IMG/VR virus record: IMGVR_UViG_3300028603_000025
Span: 1 to 64,000 of that record
DNA length: 64,000 nucleotides
Origin: a virus
Lineage: Duplodnaviria; Caudoviricetes
Direction: 5' to 3' (one strand)
Numbering within the stretch: position 1 is the first letter of the stretch; each line of letters begins with the position of its first letter. A program made the position numbers and the translations under genes. Of the stretch, positions 48,905-58,597 are shown piece after piece. The notes under the pieces are model-generated. The model did no database searches and was not told the origin of the DNA. It worked only from the letters and a program-made list of their open reading frames with translations.

Positions 48905-49804
48905 ATGAAATACGGCATTCCTTACATGGGAAGTAAGCGAGCTATCGCTGGCAAACTAATCTCTTTTATGAAAGAACGACATCCCAATGCAACACACTTC
49001 TATGACTTATTTGGTGGAGGTGGCGCCATGTCTTTTGCTGCATTAGAAGCTGGGTTGAACGTACATTACAATGAGCTAAATACAGCAATTGTAGAATTGT
49101 TAAAGAAGATTCAGACAGATGGTGTTACTCCTGAGTTTTACGAGTGGGTGTCAAGAGAACAATTCCATAAACTAAAAACAGGAAATGATTGGAAAGCTGG
49201 TGTTATACAGACGTGTTGGAGCTTTGGTAATAGAGGAGACGACTATTTGTATAGTGAAAAGAACGAAGCTTTAAAATATCCTATTCACATGCTTATCGTA
49301 CATCCTTGTGAAGAGCATTTGTCTATTGTAAATAATCTTTTTGATGGTTGTATCCCCGAGGATGTGTTGCATTTACAAACAATCAATGAAAGAAGGTCGC
49401 TTGTTACAAAAATATTGAAGAAACGTGTTGATCATTTCCAATTGCAGCATTTAGGAGCAGTTAATAGACTAGAACATTTAGAGCAATTAAACAGATTACC
49501 TAAAGGATACGTTCCTTTCACTATCACAAACGAAAGCTATGAAAATGTAAACATCACATCTTCCCCCGAAGAAACAATTGTGTATTGTGATATCCCTTAT
49601 GCTGATACGAGAAAATACATATTAGGTGCATTCAATCAACATGCGTATGCAGAATGGGCCACATCATCTAAATATCATGTGTACACTTCTAGCTACAACA
49701 TTGACATGCCTTGTGTTTATCAATTAGATAAACGATGTACATTTTCATCAACAAACAACTCCAAAAAAACAGTAGAAAAGCTATTTTACAATAAAAGACA
49801 TTAA
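48905..49804 (+). CDS. DNA adenine methyltransferase, D12/Dam-like alpha class
   Basis: PYMGSKR, DLFGGGG and YCDIPY; AT-richer than neighbouring genes. Confidence 0.85.
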   Translation: MKYGIPYMGSKRAIAGKLISFMKERHPNATHFYDLFGGGGAMSFAALEAGLNVHYNELNTAIVELLKKIQTDGVTPEFYEWVSREQFHKLKTGNDWKAGVIQTCWSFGNRGDDYLYSEKNEALKYPIHMLIVHPCEEHLSIVNNLFDGCIPEDVLHLQTINERRSLVTKILKKRVDHFQLQHLGAVNRLEHLEQLNRLPKGYVPFTITNESYENVNITSSPEETIVYCDIPYADTRKYILGAFNQHAYAEWATSSKYHVYTSSYNIDMPCVYQLDKRCTFSSTNNSKKTVEKLFYNKRH

Positions 49805-49812
49805 AGGAAAAA

Positions 49813-49851
49813 TGTAAACCCTGTAACGCCAAGAAAGGCGGTCGTTACTAA
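49813..49851 (+). pseudogene. C-terminal remnant of an HNH endonuclease gene
   Basis: Translates CKPCNAKKGGRY*; a possible N-terminal remnant (KETKRQRVCVK) lies at 48834-48866. Confidence 0.5.
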
Positions 49852-49855
49852 ATAC

Positions 49856-49889
49856 TTGAACCCGGGAATTATTCTGATATAATTCCCGG
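49856..49889 (+). promoter_or_regulatory. Promoter TTGAAC-N16-TATAAT (extended TG) overlapped by inverted repeat ccgggaatta/taattcccgg
   Basis: Read directly. Confidence 0.65.
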
Positions 49890-49910
49890 ATTAAATCACG
49901 GAGAATCAAA

Positions 49911-50129
49911 ATGTCAGAAGTTACACTTGATCAATACGGTCAACCATCCTTTGAAACCCTGGTGCATCTTTATCAGACCGCAGAAATATCACGTAACCCG
50001 TTTGATATTTCGCGACTGCGACTGTATCGGTTTGCCAAGACAACATGGATACACACAGAAGAAGACAATCTTCGTTTTCAAATCGATAATTTACTTGAGG
50101 AAATGGGGGAAGGAATTTATGGAAACTGA
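49911..50129 (+). CDS. Hypothetical protein
   Basis: GGAG RBS; directly after the promoter. Confidence 0.65.
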   Translation: MSEVTLDQYGQPSFETLVHLYQTAEISRNPFDISRLRLYRFAKTTWIHTEEDNLRFQIDNLLEEMGEGIYGN

Positions 50130-50442
50130 TGAAACCATGGAAACTGATGATAACGACAAAATCTATTCTGTTCATGCCGTGGGAGAACAACTGGGATTCA
50201 AAATCAATTCTGGTCCGTACGAAGCAACCGTCTGCACAATAGAATTCGGAGAAGTTTTTGATGACGACGGAATCCTGGAATTCAATGTCAACTATATTGC
50301 GCTTCCAGAGCACCTGGGAAAGAAAATCATCGATGACCCGATGTTCAACGAGACAATTCAGTTCATTATCAACGAAATAGTAAACGACGCCTTTCAATAT
50401 GCTATCGACAACAATTCTGAAGAACCTGATTCACAATCCTGA
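50119..50442 (+). CDS. Acidic hypothetical protein at the gp40 position
   Basis: AAGGA RBS before ATG 50119; immediately upstream of and overlapping gp41. Confidence 0.55.
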   Translation: METDETMETDDNDKIYSVHAVGEQLGFKINSGPYEATVCTIEFGEVFDDDGILEFNVNYIALPEHLGKKIIDDPMFNETIQFIINEIVNDAFQYAIDNNSEEPDSQS

Positions 50443-52159
50443 ATACTCGGTAAAGGTAATATCCTACCTTCTGCCTGAGTATTTTGATAACCGATTAGAA
50501 TCCATGCTTATGGAAGAGATAACCAGCTTTGTTTCAAAGTACGATTCCCTTCCTTCAGAAGATGCATTAAAGATTATGGTTCAGGAACGGGACTCGTCCA
50601 TATCCCGAAAGGAAATAGAAGACAAGTTCTCGTCTTTCCTTAAACTGGAGGAAGAAAAGAACCTGGAATGGCTGGTTGATTCTACCGAGAAGTTCTGTCA
50701 GGATGCAGCCTTACGTAATGCTATTCTGAAGAGTGTCGATATCGTGGAAGGCAACGAGGAATCCCTGACCAAGGAATCTATTCCTGATATCCTGAAAGAT
50801 GCGCTTTCAGTCGGCTTCGATACTTCTATCGGTCATAATTACTTTGAGGATGCCGAATCTCGGTTGGAATTCAATACTTCAGAAGTAATCAGGCTTCCAA
50901 TCGGCATCGATAAAATCGACAAGATAACCAAGGGCGGACTTAAACCAAAGACCCTGACTATCTTCTATGCAGGCTGTGTCCATCCGAAAACCACGGTTCA
51001 CGTTCGTATAAATAATAAAACCAAGATATGTTTCATTGGGGAAATCAAAGAATTTTTGGAACGATATGACCTGGTTGAAGTAGAATCCCCTGATGGATGG
51101 GTAAAGGTTTCAGAGTATGTGGAGAAAGGTGAATATGAAGAATATCAACTTAACCTGACAAATACCTATACTGAATTCCCGACCAGAACAAATTCAGAGC
51201 ACCTTTACGAGACTACCTTGGGATGGTATTCAGCAGAACAACTATCAGAGATGGAAGAAGGATTACATTTCCTGGCCAGAAAAGGATATGAACACGGTTA
51301 CGTCACCCGAAACCCAGGTTCAAAAATACCGATAGTTGATATACTTGTAGACCACCCGAATCACAGGTATTATACCGATAACGTATCAAGTCATAATACC
51401 GGGGTAGGAAAGACCCATTTCATGTGCGCCATTGCCGCGAACCTGATTCGGGACGGAAAGAACGTTCTATATATCTCCATGGAAATGTACGAGGAGGCTA
51501 TCGGAGAACGTATCGACGCTAACCTGATTGATATCGATATCGGGGAAGTCTATCTTAACCCCAACAGGTTTCTGAAGCGATTAAATCACGTAAAGGAAAA
51601 GAGTAAAGGCGGATTGGTCATAAAGGAATACCCAACCTGTTCAGCCAGCACCGCTGACTTTGAAAGACTACTTGATGAACTCAAGATAAAGAAAGGATTT
51701 GTTCCCGAACTAATCTGTGTTGATTACATGAGTATCTGTAAGAGTAGGAGATATAAAGTAGCCGGAACAAACTCGTATACCTACGTGAAAGGAATCTCAG
51801 AAGAACTAAGGGCCATGGCTCAAAAGTATAACGTGGCCGTGATTACAGGGGCACAGGTTAATCGTGGAGGATTTGGTGCCGAGAAGATAGAAATGACCGA
51901 TGCCGCCGAAAGCTTTGGTGGTAACTTTATCGCAGACTTGGTTCTGGGTTTAAACATAGACAAGAACAATCCTGACAAGGACACCATGATAGTTTCCCAG
52001 CTCAAGAACCGGTATTCCAGTATCGATAACATGAGTAAGTTCCTGGTCAGGATAGACCGGTCAAAGATGCGGGTAATAAACGAAGAAGAGTTTGAGGAAC
52101 AAGAAGAAGCAATCTTGAAAGAAAAAGACAAATTACGAAGCAGGTATCTAAAGAAATAA
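50399..52159 (+). CDS. gp41: Replicative DnaB-like helicase gp41 containing a mini-intein
   Basis: EKFCQD, DKITKGG, TGVGKT, YISMEM, IKEYPT, VDY, SEELRA, ESFG and QLKNRY. Confidence 0.95.
   Translation: MLSTTILKNLIHNPEYSVKVISYLLPEYFDNRLESMLMEEITSFVSKYDSLPSEDALKIMVQERDSSISRKEIEDKFSSFLKLEEEKNLEWLVDSTEKFCQDAALRNAILKSVDIVEGNEESLTKESIPDILKDALSVGFDTSIGHNYFEDAESRLEFNTSEVIRLPIGIDKIDKITKGGLKPKTLTIFYAGCVHPKTTVHVRINNKTKICFIGEIKEFLERYDLVEVESPDGWVKVSEYVEKGEYEEYQLNLTNTYTEFPTRTNSEHLYETTLGWYSAEQLSEMEEGLHFLARKGYEHGYVTRNPGSKIPIVDILVDHPNHRYYTDNVSSHNTGVGKTHFMCAIAANLIRDGKNVLYISMEMYEEAIGERIDANLIDIDIGEVYLNPNRFLKRLNHVKEKSKGGLVIKEYPTCSASTADFERLLDELKIKKGFVPELICVDYMSICKSRRYKVAGTNSYTYVKGISEELRAMAQKYNVAVITGAQVNRGGFGAEKIEMTDAAESFGGNFIADLVLGLNIDKNNPDKDTMIVSQLKNRYSSIDNMSKFLVRIDRSKMRVINEEEFEEQEEAILKEKDKLRSRYLKK
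50975..51397 (+). mobile_element. 141-aa mini-intein in the gp41 Walker A motif
   Basis: AG|CVHPKT...NSEHLY...VDI...VSSHN|TGVGKT; no endonuclease domain. Confidence 0.9.
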
Positions 52160-52175
52160 TTCCAAGGAGTAGGTT

Positions 52176-55100
52176 TTGATTAAAGTAATCGTTAAGAGAG
52201 ACGGTAGGAACGAGGAGTTTTTTCCTCATAAATTAAACGGATGGGGAGAATGGGCAGCAGATACGTTAGGTGAATATGTCGATTGGCAAGGGATAGTATT
52301 GACCACGGTATCCACTCTTCCCGAAACGTGTTCGACTGATTTGTTGCAGGATAGATTAATAAAATCATGTTTGGATATAGGCACGTATTCGTACAATCGC
52401 ATGGCAGGAAGACTCTATGCTGCACAATTGCGCAAACGAATATTCCGAAACGGAATGCCTACCGTGAAAGAGTTGCACGAAAATCTTATCGAAAAAGGAT
52501 ACATGGTAAGGATGAAGTACTCGGATAATGAGTATGATGAGATTGAAGGGATAATTAATCACGAACTGGATTACGATGCTACTCATTACGAATTACATCA
52601 AACGAGGTCAAAATACTCATTACAGAACCGCGTAACCGGAGAAGAATTCGAGACACAGCAGTTCGTATATATGAGAATGGCTATGGCCTTGGCCGAAACT
52701 CAACCTCTAAACCGTAGAATGTACGATTTGAGAAAATGGTACGAGCACCTTAGTAAAAAGAGGCTGAACGCCCCGACGCCAAACTATGTTAACTTGGGCA
52801 CTTCTTTGAAGGGATATGCGTCATGCTGTCTATTCACGACCGGGGATACCGCCAAGAGTATCGAAACAGGAGTTCATATTGCATATACCATGACCACCAT
52901 GTCTGCTGGAATTGGTGCACATATGAATATACGCAGCCTGGGCGACGCGGTAAAGGGCGGTACGATCCAACACATGGGAAAGATACCTTATTTTAGATAC
53001 CTTGTTTCGGCGGTCCATTCGTCTTTGCAGAACGGGAGAGGTGGTGCATGCACTACTTACTATCCTGCATTTGACCCAGAAGTCAAAGTGATTAGTCAGT
53101 TGAAAAATCCAATGTCCACCGAAGACAAAAAAATTCGTGGAATGGACTATTCGTTCGGGAGCAACAAGTTCTTTGCTCGTAAGGTAGCAAAGAACGAAGA
53201 AGTGTTCTTATTTAACGGATTCACGGCTCCTGATTTGTATGAGGCGATGTATTCTTCTGATACGGAATTGTTTGAGAAACTCTACGTTAAATATGAGAAC
53301 GACGAGTCATTCAAAAAGGAATACGTGAATGCTCGCGATATAGTTACCACGGTTCTAAACGAGGGATATGAAACGGGAAGAACGTACCTCCATTTTCCCG
53401 ATGAAATGAACAGGCATACCCCATTCAAGGACCCTATTTATAGCTCAAATCTTTGCGTTGCTCCGGAAACCGAAGTCTTGACCAAAAACGGTTATGTTCC
53501 TATCATCGAACTATCCGGAAACGAAGTTGAAGTTTGGAATGGTGAAGAGTGGAGTTTGTCGAAGGTCGAAAAGACTGGAACAAATCAAAAATTGCTTAAG
53601 GTGACGACCTCTGCTGGGCAGGTAATAGAATGTACACCATATCATAAATTTTATGTGATAGACGATTACTGGAAATCTCCGCGCGAAGTTCGTGCGTATG
53701 AGTTGCAAGAGGGAGATAAACTGATTAAATTCAATCTTCCTGTAATAGAAGGGGAAAGAAAGCTAGATAAAGCATATATAAATGGGTTTTATTGTGGAGA
53801 TGGGTGCTTGACAAGTCAGGGACAACGTATCTACCTATATGGTGAGAAAAGAAATCTCCAAGGTTATTTTGAGACCGGAAGTAAATGGACCATCCAAGAT
53901 GATTTGGATAGACAATATATTCACTTTAAAGATTTGAAAGATAAATTTTTTGTTCCCATGAACGATTATGATATAAATAGCCGACTTCAGTGGTTATCTG
54001 GGATACTTGATTCTGATGGGTGCGTCTATAGAAATGGTACGAACGAACAACTCGTGATATGTTCTATAGAGAAAGAATTTCTTCGCGATATTCAAAAAAT
54101 GCTACAAACTCTGGGAGTATCTGCAAAAATATCGTCTGTTTTGGAGGAGGGGTTTAGACTTCTTCCCGCTAACGATGGTAGTGGAGAAATGAAGAATTTT
54201 TGGTGCAAAAAATCATACCGCCTATTGATTACTAGCTGCGACGCTCATAAACTTTATCAACTTGGTTTACGAACACATCGTTTAAAAATAAACGATAGAT
54301 TACCTCAACGAGACGCCAGACAATTCACCAAAATTATAAGTGTCGTTGATGAAGGAAGATGCGATGACACATACTGTTTAAACGAACCGAAACGCCATAT
54401 GGCAATGTTCAACGGAATTTTGACTGGACAGTGTGCGGAAATAAGTCTCCCGACTAAACCTTACCATAACATGCAAGACTTGTATTCAACCGAAGACCAC
54501 GGAAAATCAGAAATCGGTCTGTGTTCTTTAGCCGGAGTCGTGGTATCCAATATCGAAAACGACGAACAGTATGAAGAAGTAATTTACTACGCCCTGTTGA
54601 TGATTGATAAATGTATCCATATGTCTGATTACGTTCTTCCTCATCTTGAAGTTACGGCCAAGGGAAGGCTGTCCGCGGGAATAGGCGTAATAGGGCTGGC
54701 GCATTTGATGGCTAAGAACAAACTATTATACTCTTCCCAAGAAGGAAAAAACTTTATTCATGAGTTGTTTGAGAAGCACATGTACTATGCAATCAAAGCC
54801 TCCTTGAGACTTGGAAAAGAGCTCGGTAATGCTCCGTGGATGAATAAAACCAAGTGGGTAGACGGATGGATGCCTATTGACTCATATAACCGTAACGTGG
54901 ATAAGATAGTAACCATTTCTAATCGGCTTGATTGGGAGTACCTTAGACATGAGGTCATGAGAAATGGAGGAATTCGTAATAGCGTTTTAGTTGCTCATAT
55001 GCCTTCCGAGAGTTCGTCGAAAGCATCAGGAACGACTAATGGAGTATATCCGGTAAGGGATTTGTCTTTGCTCAAAGGAGACAACACCACCATGACTTAC

Positions 55101-55403
55101 TGGGCTGCTCCAGAAGGAGAAGCTCTCGGAGAATGGTACGAACGTGCCTGGGATATCGACACCAAGGATATGATTGATTGTTATGCCATAATGCAAAAAT
55201 TTACCGACCAGGCTATCAGCGCCGATTTATACCGTAGACTCGTCGGAGATGATGTGGTTACCACTACAGAAATGTTGACAGATTATCTGTATATGGTTAA
55301 AATGGGAATGAAAACTCGTTATTACGTTAACAGCAAAACGTCTGATGGCGTAGAGTTGGATAATGGCGATGTCGGTTGCGCGGGCGGCGCATGCACACTT
55401 TAG
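52176..55403 (+). CDS. nrdA: Class Ia ribonucleotide reductase alpha subunit containing an intein
   Basis: ATP cone (VKRDG), PTP, ASCCL, SNL|C...|CAEI, PSESSS, DQAIS, KTRYY and C-terminal CAGGAC. Confidence 0.95.
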   Translation: MIKVIVKRDGRNEEFFPHKLNGWGEWAADTLGEYVDWQGIVLTTVSTLPETCSTDLLQDRLIKSCLDIGTYSYNRMAGRLYAAQLRKRIFRNGMPTVKELHENLIEKGYMVRMKYSDNEYDEIEGIINHELDYDATHYELHQTRSKYSLQNRVTGEEFETQQFVYMRMAMALAETQPLNRRMYDLRKWYEHLSKKRLNAPTPNYVNLGTSLKGYASCCLFTTGDTAKSIETGVHIAYTMTTMSAGIGAHMNIRSLGDAVKGGTIQHMGKIPYFRYLVSAVHSSLQNGRGGACTTYYPAFDPEVKVISQLKNPMSTEDKKIRGMDYSFGSNKFFARKVAKNEEVFLFNGFTAPDLYEAMYSSDTELFEKLYVKYENDESFKKEYVNARDIVTTVLNEGYETGRTYLHFPDEMNRHTPFKDPIYSSNLCVAPETEVLTKNGYVPIIELSGNEVEVWNGEEWSLSKVEKTGTNQKLLKVTTSAGQVIECTPYHKFYVIDDYWKSPREVRAYELQEGDKLIKFNLPVIEGERKLDKAYINGFYCGDGCLTSQGQRIYLYGEKRNLQGYFETGSKWTIQDDLDRQYIHFKDLKDKFFVPMNDYDINSRLQWLSGILDSDGCVYRNGTNEQLVICSIEKEFLRDIQKMLQTLGVSAKISSVLEEGFRLLPANDGSGEMKNFWCKKSYRLLITSCDAHKLYQLGLRTHRLKINDRLPQRDARQFTKIISVVDEGRCDDTYCLNEPKRHMAMFNGILTGQCAEISLPTKPYHNMQDLYSTEDHGKSEIGLCSLAGVVVSNIENDEQYEEVIYYALLMIDKCIHMSDYVLPHLEVTAKGRLSAGIGVIGLAHLMAKNKLLYSSQEGKNFIHELFEKHMYYAIKASLRLGKELGNAPWMNKTKWVDGWMPIDSYNRNVDKIVTISNRLDWEYLRHEVMRNGGIRNSVLVAHMPSESSSKASGTTNGVYPVRDLSLLKGDNTTMTYWAAPEGEALGEWYERAWDIDTKDMIDCYAIMQKFTDQAISADLYRRLVGDDVVTTTEMLTDYLYMVKMGMKTRYYVNSKTSDGVELDNGDVGCAGGACTL
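53454..54431 (+). mobile_element. 326-aa LAGLIDADG intein at the NrdA active-site Cys, ending in Gln
   Basis: CVAPET, TPYH, NGFYCGDG, LSGILDSDG and ILTGQ|C. Confidence 0.92.
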
Positions 55404-55411
55404 GAGAAATC

Positions 55412-56521
55412 ATGGGAAAGGATATTCATAGCAAGGTCTTTAACACAAAGAAAACAGATTATAGAAACGTATCCCTGATTCTAGGGGAACAGGACGTGGG
55501 CCTGTTTGATACAGTGAATAAGCAGTATCCAGATATCTGGAAGCTGTATAAGCAACAGAAAAGTCAAGATTGGGACGAGAACGAATTTGATTATTCCACT
55601 TGCAACGTCGAATTTAAATCATGTTCTCGGTCACAGTATGACATCATGATTAGAACGCTTGCGTGGCAATGGGAAGCCGACAGCGTAGCATCAAGAGCAA
55701 TAGCTCCTATCCTTGCGCCATTTATCACATCTAGTGAATTATGGGCAGCGTGGCTGAAAGTTACTGAGATAGAGTGTTTACATTCGGCCACATATTCGGA
55801 GATTGTTCGGTGCAGCTTCGATAATCCAGAACACGTTCTTGGGGAGATTTTGTCGGTCAAAGAATCTCTGAGTAGACTGACCGGAATAACCAGAGTGTTC
55901 GCTCAGGCATACGAAACTTCCCATAAATATGCGCTTGGAATGGTGGGAAATAACCAAGAGACGTACAACGATGCATTCATGTGTATAGTTGGGCTGTTGA
56001 TATTGGAGAGAATACAGTTCATGGCCTCGTTTAATAGCACTTTCGCCATTTGTGATACCGGGATATTTCAGCCTATCGGAAAAGCTATTCAGAAGATTGC
56101 ACAAGACGAGCTCGAGGTTCATGTTGCATTGGATAAAGCTGTATTGCGACACGAAATGACGACTCCCCGAGGAAAGATTGCATTTTCTCAAAACAGAGAA
56201 AGAATCAGGACATTAATCGACGAAGTCGTGGATAGTGAATTTGAATGGACTGATTATTTGTTCTCGGAAGGAAGAGAGCTTGTCGGAGCGAACGCAGAAA
56301 CCGTGAAAAAATGGGTGATGTTCAATGCCAAAGACGTGTATAATATGTTTGGAGTGGAATCGAAGTATCCCTTGCCGCAGACAAATCCTTGTAAATTTAT
56401 GGAAAACTGGCTCGATATAAGCAAGACTCAACCTGCTCCCCAAGAACAGGACATAGGCCAATATCGAGTTGGTATCATGCGAAGGGATGACGAAAATAAA
56501 CATTTTGACATAGACTTTTAA
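55412..56521 (+). CDS. nrdB: Ribonucleotide reductase beta subunit
   Basis: ADS, ECLHSATY, ERIQFMASF, DELEVH and APQE; AGGAG RBS before ATG 55412. Confidence 0.95.
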   Translation: MGKDIHSKVFNTKKTDYRNVSLILGEQDVGLFDTVNKQYPDIWKLYKQQKSQDWDENEFDYSTCNVEFKSCSRSQYDIMIRTLAWQWEADSVASRAIAPILAPFITSSELWAAWLKVTEIECLHSATYSEIVRCSFDNPEHVLGEILSVKESLSRLTGITRVFAQAYETSHKYALGMVGNNQETYNDAFMCIVGLLILERIQFMASFNSTFAICDTGIFQPIGKAIQKIAQDELEVHVALDKAVLRHEMTTPRGKIAFSQNRERIRTLIDEVVDSEFEWTDYLFSEGRELVGANAETVKKWVMFNAKDVYNMFGVESKYPLPQTNPCKFMENWLDISKTQPAPQEQDIGQYRVGIMRRDDENKHFDIDF

Positions 56522-56596
56522 CCGAAAAAATAGCGGCGGGAATCGTCGGTACTGCTAGTCGATGTAATGTTATAAACAAGAGGAAAAAAGGAAGGT

Positions 56597-57436
56597 ATGG
56601 AAATAAATAAAATATACAACGAAAATTGCCTTGATACGATGGCTAAAATGCCTGATAATTTCATTGACTTAACGGTTACTTCACCGCCTTATGACAACTT
56701 ACGACAATACAAAGGTTATTCATTTGCATTTGAAGATATTGCTAAAGAATTATTCAGAGTAACAAAACAAGGTGGCGTGGTAGTTTGGATTGTTGGAGAT
56801 GCGACCGTGAAAGGTAGCGAAACAGGAACAAGTTTCAGGCAAGCATTATTCTTCAAAGAAATAGGATTTAATGTTCATGATACAATGATTTATGCAAAAA
56901 ATAACATTCCTGTTTATGACCCAAGAAATAAACGATATAAAAACGGGTTTGAATTTATGTTTGTTTTAAGTAAAGGAAAACCAAATACATATAACCCGAT
57001 AAAAGACGTATTATCGAAAAAGAAATCAAGCAACGGAGTTACAAAAAGAAATCCTGACGGAAGTATGAGAGCAGCAAAAGACGTCGAATTTGGAGAATAC
57101 CAAGATAGAAGTAATGTTTGGTTTTTTAAAAATGGGTATATGCAAACAACAAAAGATAAACTCGCTTTCGAACACCCTGCGATATTTCCTGAACAATTAG
57201 CAAATGACCATATAATAAGCTGGAGCAACGAAGGTGATTTGGTTTACGACCCATTTATGGGAAGTGGAACAACTGCCAAAATGAGTATTCTAAATAATAG
57301 AAATTGGATAGGTAGTGAAATATCTTCTGAATACTGTGATATTATTGAAGAACGTATTAAAAAAGCGCTGGAAGAAAATCCAGTATTTGTCCAGTTGCCA
57401 AGGAAGCTAGAAGCTCCGTCCTTTAGGTCGGAGTAA
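56597..57436 (+). CDS. N4-C/N6-A DNA methyltransferase, beta class
   Basis: TSPPY, HPAIFP and DPFMGSGTT. Confidence 0.92.
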   Translation: MEINKIYNENCLDTMAKMPDNFIDLTVTSPPYDNLRQYKGYSFAFEDIAKELFRVTKQGGVVVWIVGDATVKGSETGTSFRQALFFKEIGFNVHDTMIYAKNNIPVYDPRNKRYKNGFEFMFVLSKGKPNTYNPIKDVLSKKKSSNGVTKRNPDGSMRAAKDVEFGEYQDRSNVWFFKNGYMQTTKDKLAFEHPAIFPEQLANDHIISWSNEGDLVYDPFMGSGTTAKMSILNNRNWIGSEISSEYCDIIEERIKKALEENPVFVQLPRKLEAPSFRSE

Positions 57437-57441
57437 TTCAC
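57403..57441 (+). mobile_element. IS200/IS605-type right end / omega-RNA 3' remnant
   Basis: GAAGCTAGAAGCTCCGTCCTTTAGGTCGGAGTAATTCAC: terminal hairpin with TTTA loop ending in TCAC; encodes a TnpB-like EAPSFR tail. Confidence 0.65.
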
Positions 57442-57443
57442 GA

Positions 57444-57911
57444 ATGGAAATGGAATATCTACCTGACTCACTTAGGGAGTATCTATCTTCGACCTACGGC
57501 ATTCGGCCTCTTGCGAGGAGTAGGGATGCGCCCCCGAACTCCTACGCGGTTATTGACTCAATGTATTCTTTACGTTCCCTGAAGGTCGAATGTCCGAAGT
57601 TGCTTCACCTTCTGGAAATGTCTTCTCATGAACGAATGAATGTACTAGTCATATTGATATTGCGCAGGGGCGATAACGGGAAGTTTCAGGTAACTTCTGC
57701 CCGGACACATCCGGATTCCCTCAGATTCAATGACGCGTTATGTCAGGATGATGTTATCCTACGAACAAAGACAAAAGTTATCCGGGATGATACAGAAGGA
57801 CTGATTAAGGAGTTACGGTTGATCGAAGACAGGGCTTCGTGCATCCTGTTGGATGCTCACAACAAGTCGGTCGAGAGTGTTACGGCTGGCAAAGGAATTA
57901 GAATTGGTTAG
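57444..57911 (+). CDS. Hypothetical protein
   Basis: 155-aa ORF with GGAG upstream. Confidence 0.55.
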   Translation: MEMEYLPDSLREYLSSTYGIRPLARSRDAPPNSYAVIDSMYSLRSLKVECPKLLHLLEMSSHERMNVLVILILRRGDNGKFQVTSARTHPDSLRFNDALCQDDVILRTKTKVIRDDTEGLIKELRLIEDRASCILLDAHNKSVESVTAGKGIRIG

Positions 57912-57947
57912 GCTGGTGCCTACCAGTGTAAAAAGTTGTTCCACCTG

Positions 57948-57976
57948 TTGACAAACCTTCGAATCGTACGTATAAT
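57948..57976 (+). promoter_or_regulatory. Consensus sigma70 early promoter TTGACA-N17-TATAAT
   Basis: Perfect consensus; spacer resembles that of the 25328 promoter. Confidence 0.9.
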
Positions 57977-58019
57977 TTAAACAATCGATAACAAACAAAG
58001 AATGATTAAGGAGATAGAA

Positions 58020-58277
58020 ATGACTAAAGTAAATTATGAAGGGCAAGAATTTACGCTGATAACCGAGCCTGTGCTCGAAGCCAAGTATCCCATCCTTGAT
58101 TATGGGACGGGATACGCCACATCAACACCCATTCAGTATGACTTTGAGTACACTGCGAAAGCAGTGGGCGCTGATGGTAAGTCATATTTACTATACTGGA
58201 TGTTTGAAGAAGGAGAACCTGTACTATTCACAGAACCGTACGACATCGAATGTATGGATGACTTTGAAGAAGAGTAA
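58020..58277 (+). CDS. Hypothetical early protein
   Basis: AAGGAG RBS before ATG 58020. Confidence 0.7.
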   Translation: MTKVNYEGQEFTLITEPVLEAKYPILDYGTGYATSTPIQYDFEYTAKAVGADGKSYLLYWMFEEGEPVLFTEPYDIECMDDFEEE

Positions 58278-58540
58278 TGACTATTCTAAAAAATATCGAA
58301 ACTGTAAAAAGGCTGGAGGAAATTGCAAAAAACCATTTATGCGGTGGCAAGTTTTCGTACGAGAACGGCAAAGCCCGTATTATATTTTTTCAGCCCTTTT
58401 CAGGGTTAGGCGGTGTTCAAGTATCGCTCCGAAAAGGAAAGTCCAATGCATTAGAAATTCTAATTAAAAAACTTGACGAACTGTACAATAAAGAATTTTC
58501 ATGGTCGAAACATCACTTTGATATTAAATCAAATGAGTAA
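58277..58540 (+). CDS. Hypothetical early protein
   Basis: TAATG coupling to the upstream gene. Confidence 0.65.
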   Translation: MTILKNIETVKRLEEIAKNHLCGGKFSYENGKARIIFFQPFSGLGGVQVSLRKGKSNALEILIKKLDELYNKEFSWSKHHFDIKSNE

Positions 58541-58597
58541 TGACAATGCCGACATATAACGGAGTAATTCACTTCCTAAAAATATTTCAAATAACCA

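Noticed and set aside
54981-54997. Possible TnpB guide target in nrdA (agcgttttagttgc)
   Set aside because: The match is short, gapped and includes scaffold sequence; expected by chance.
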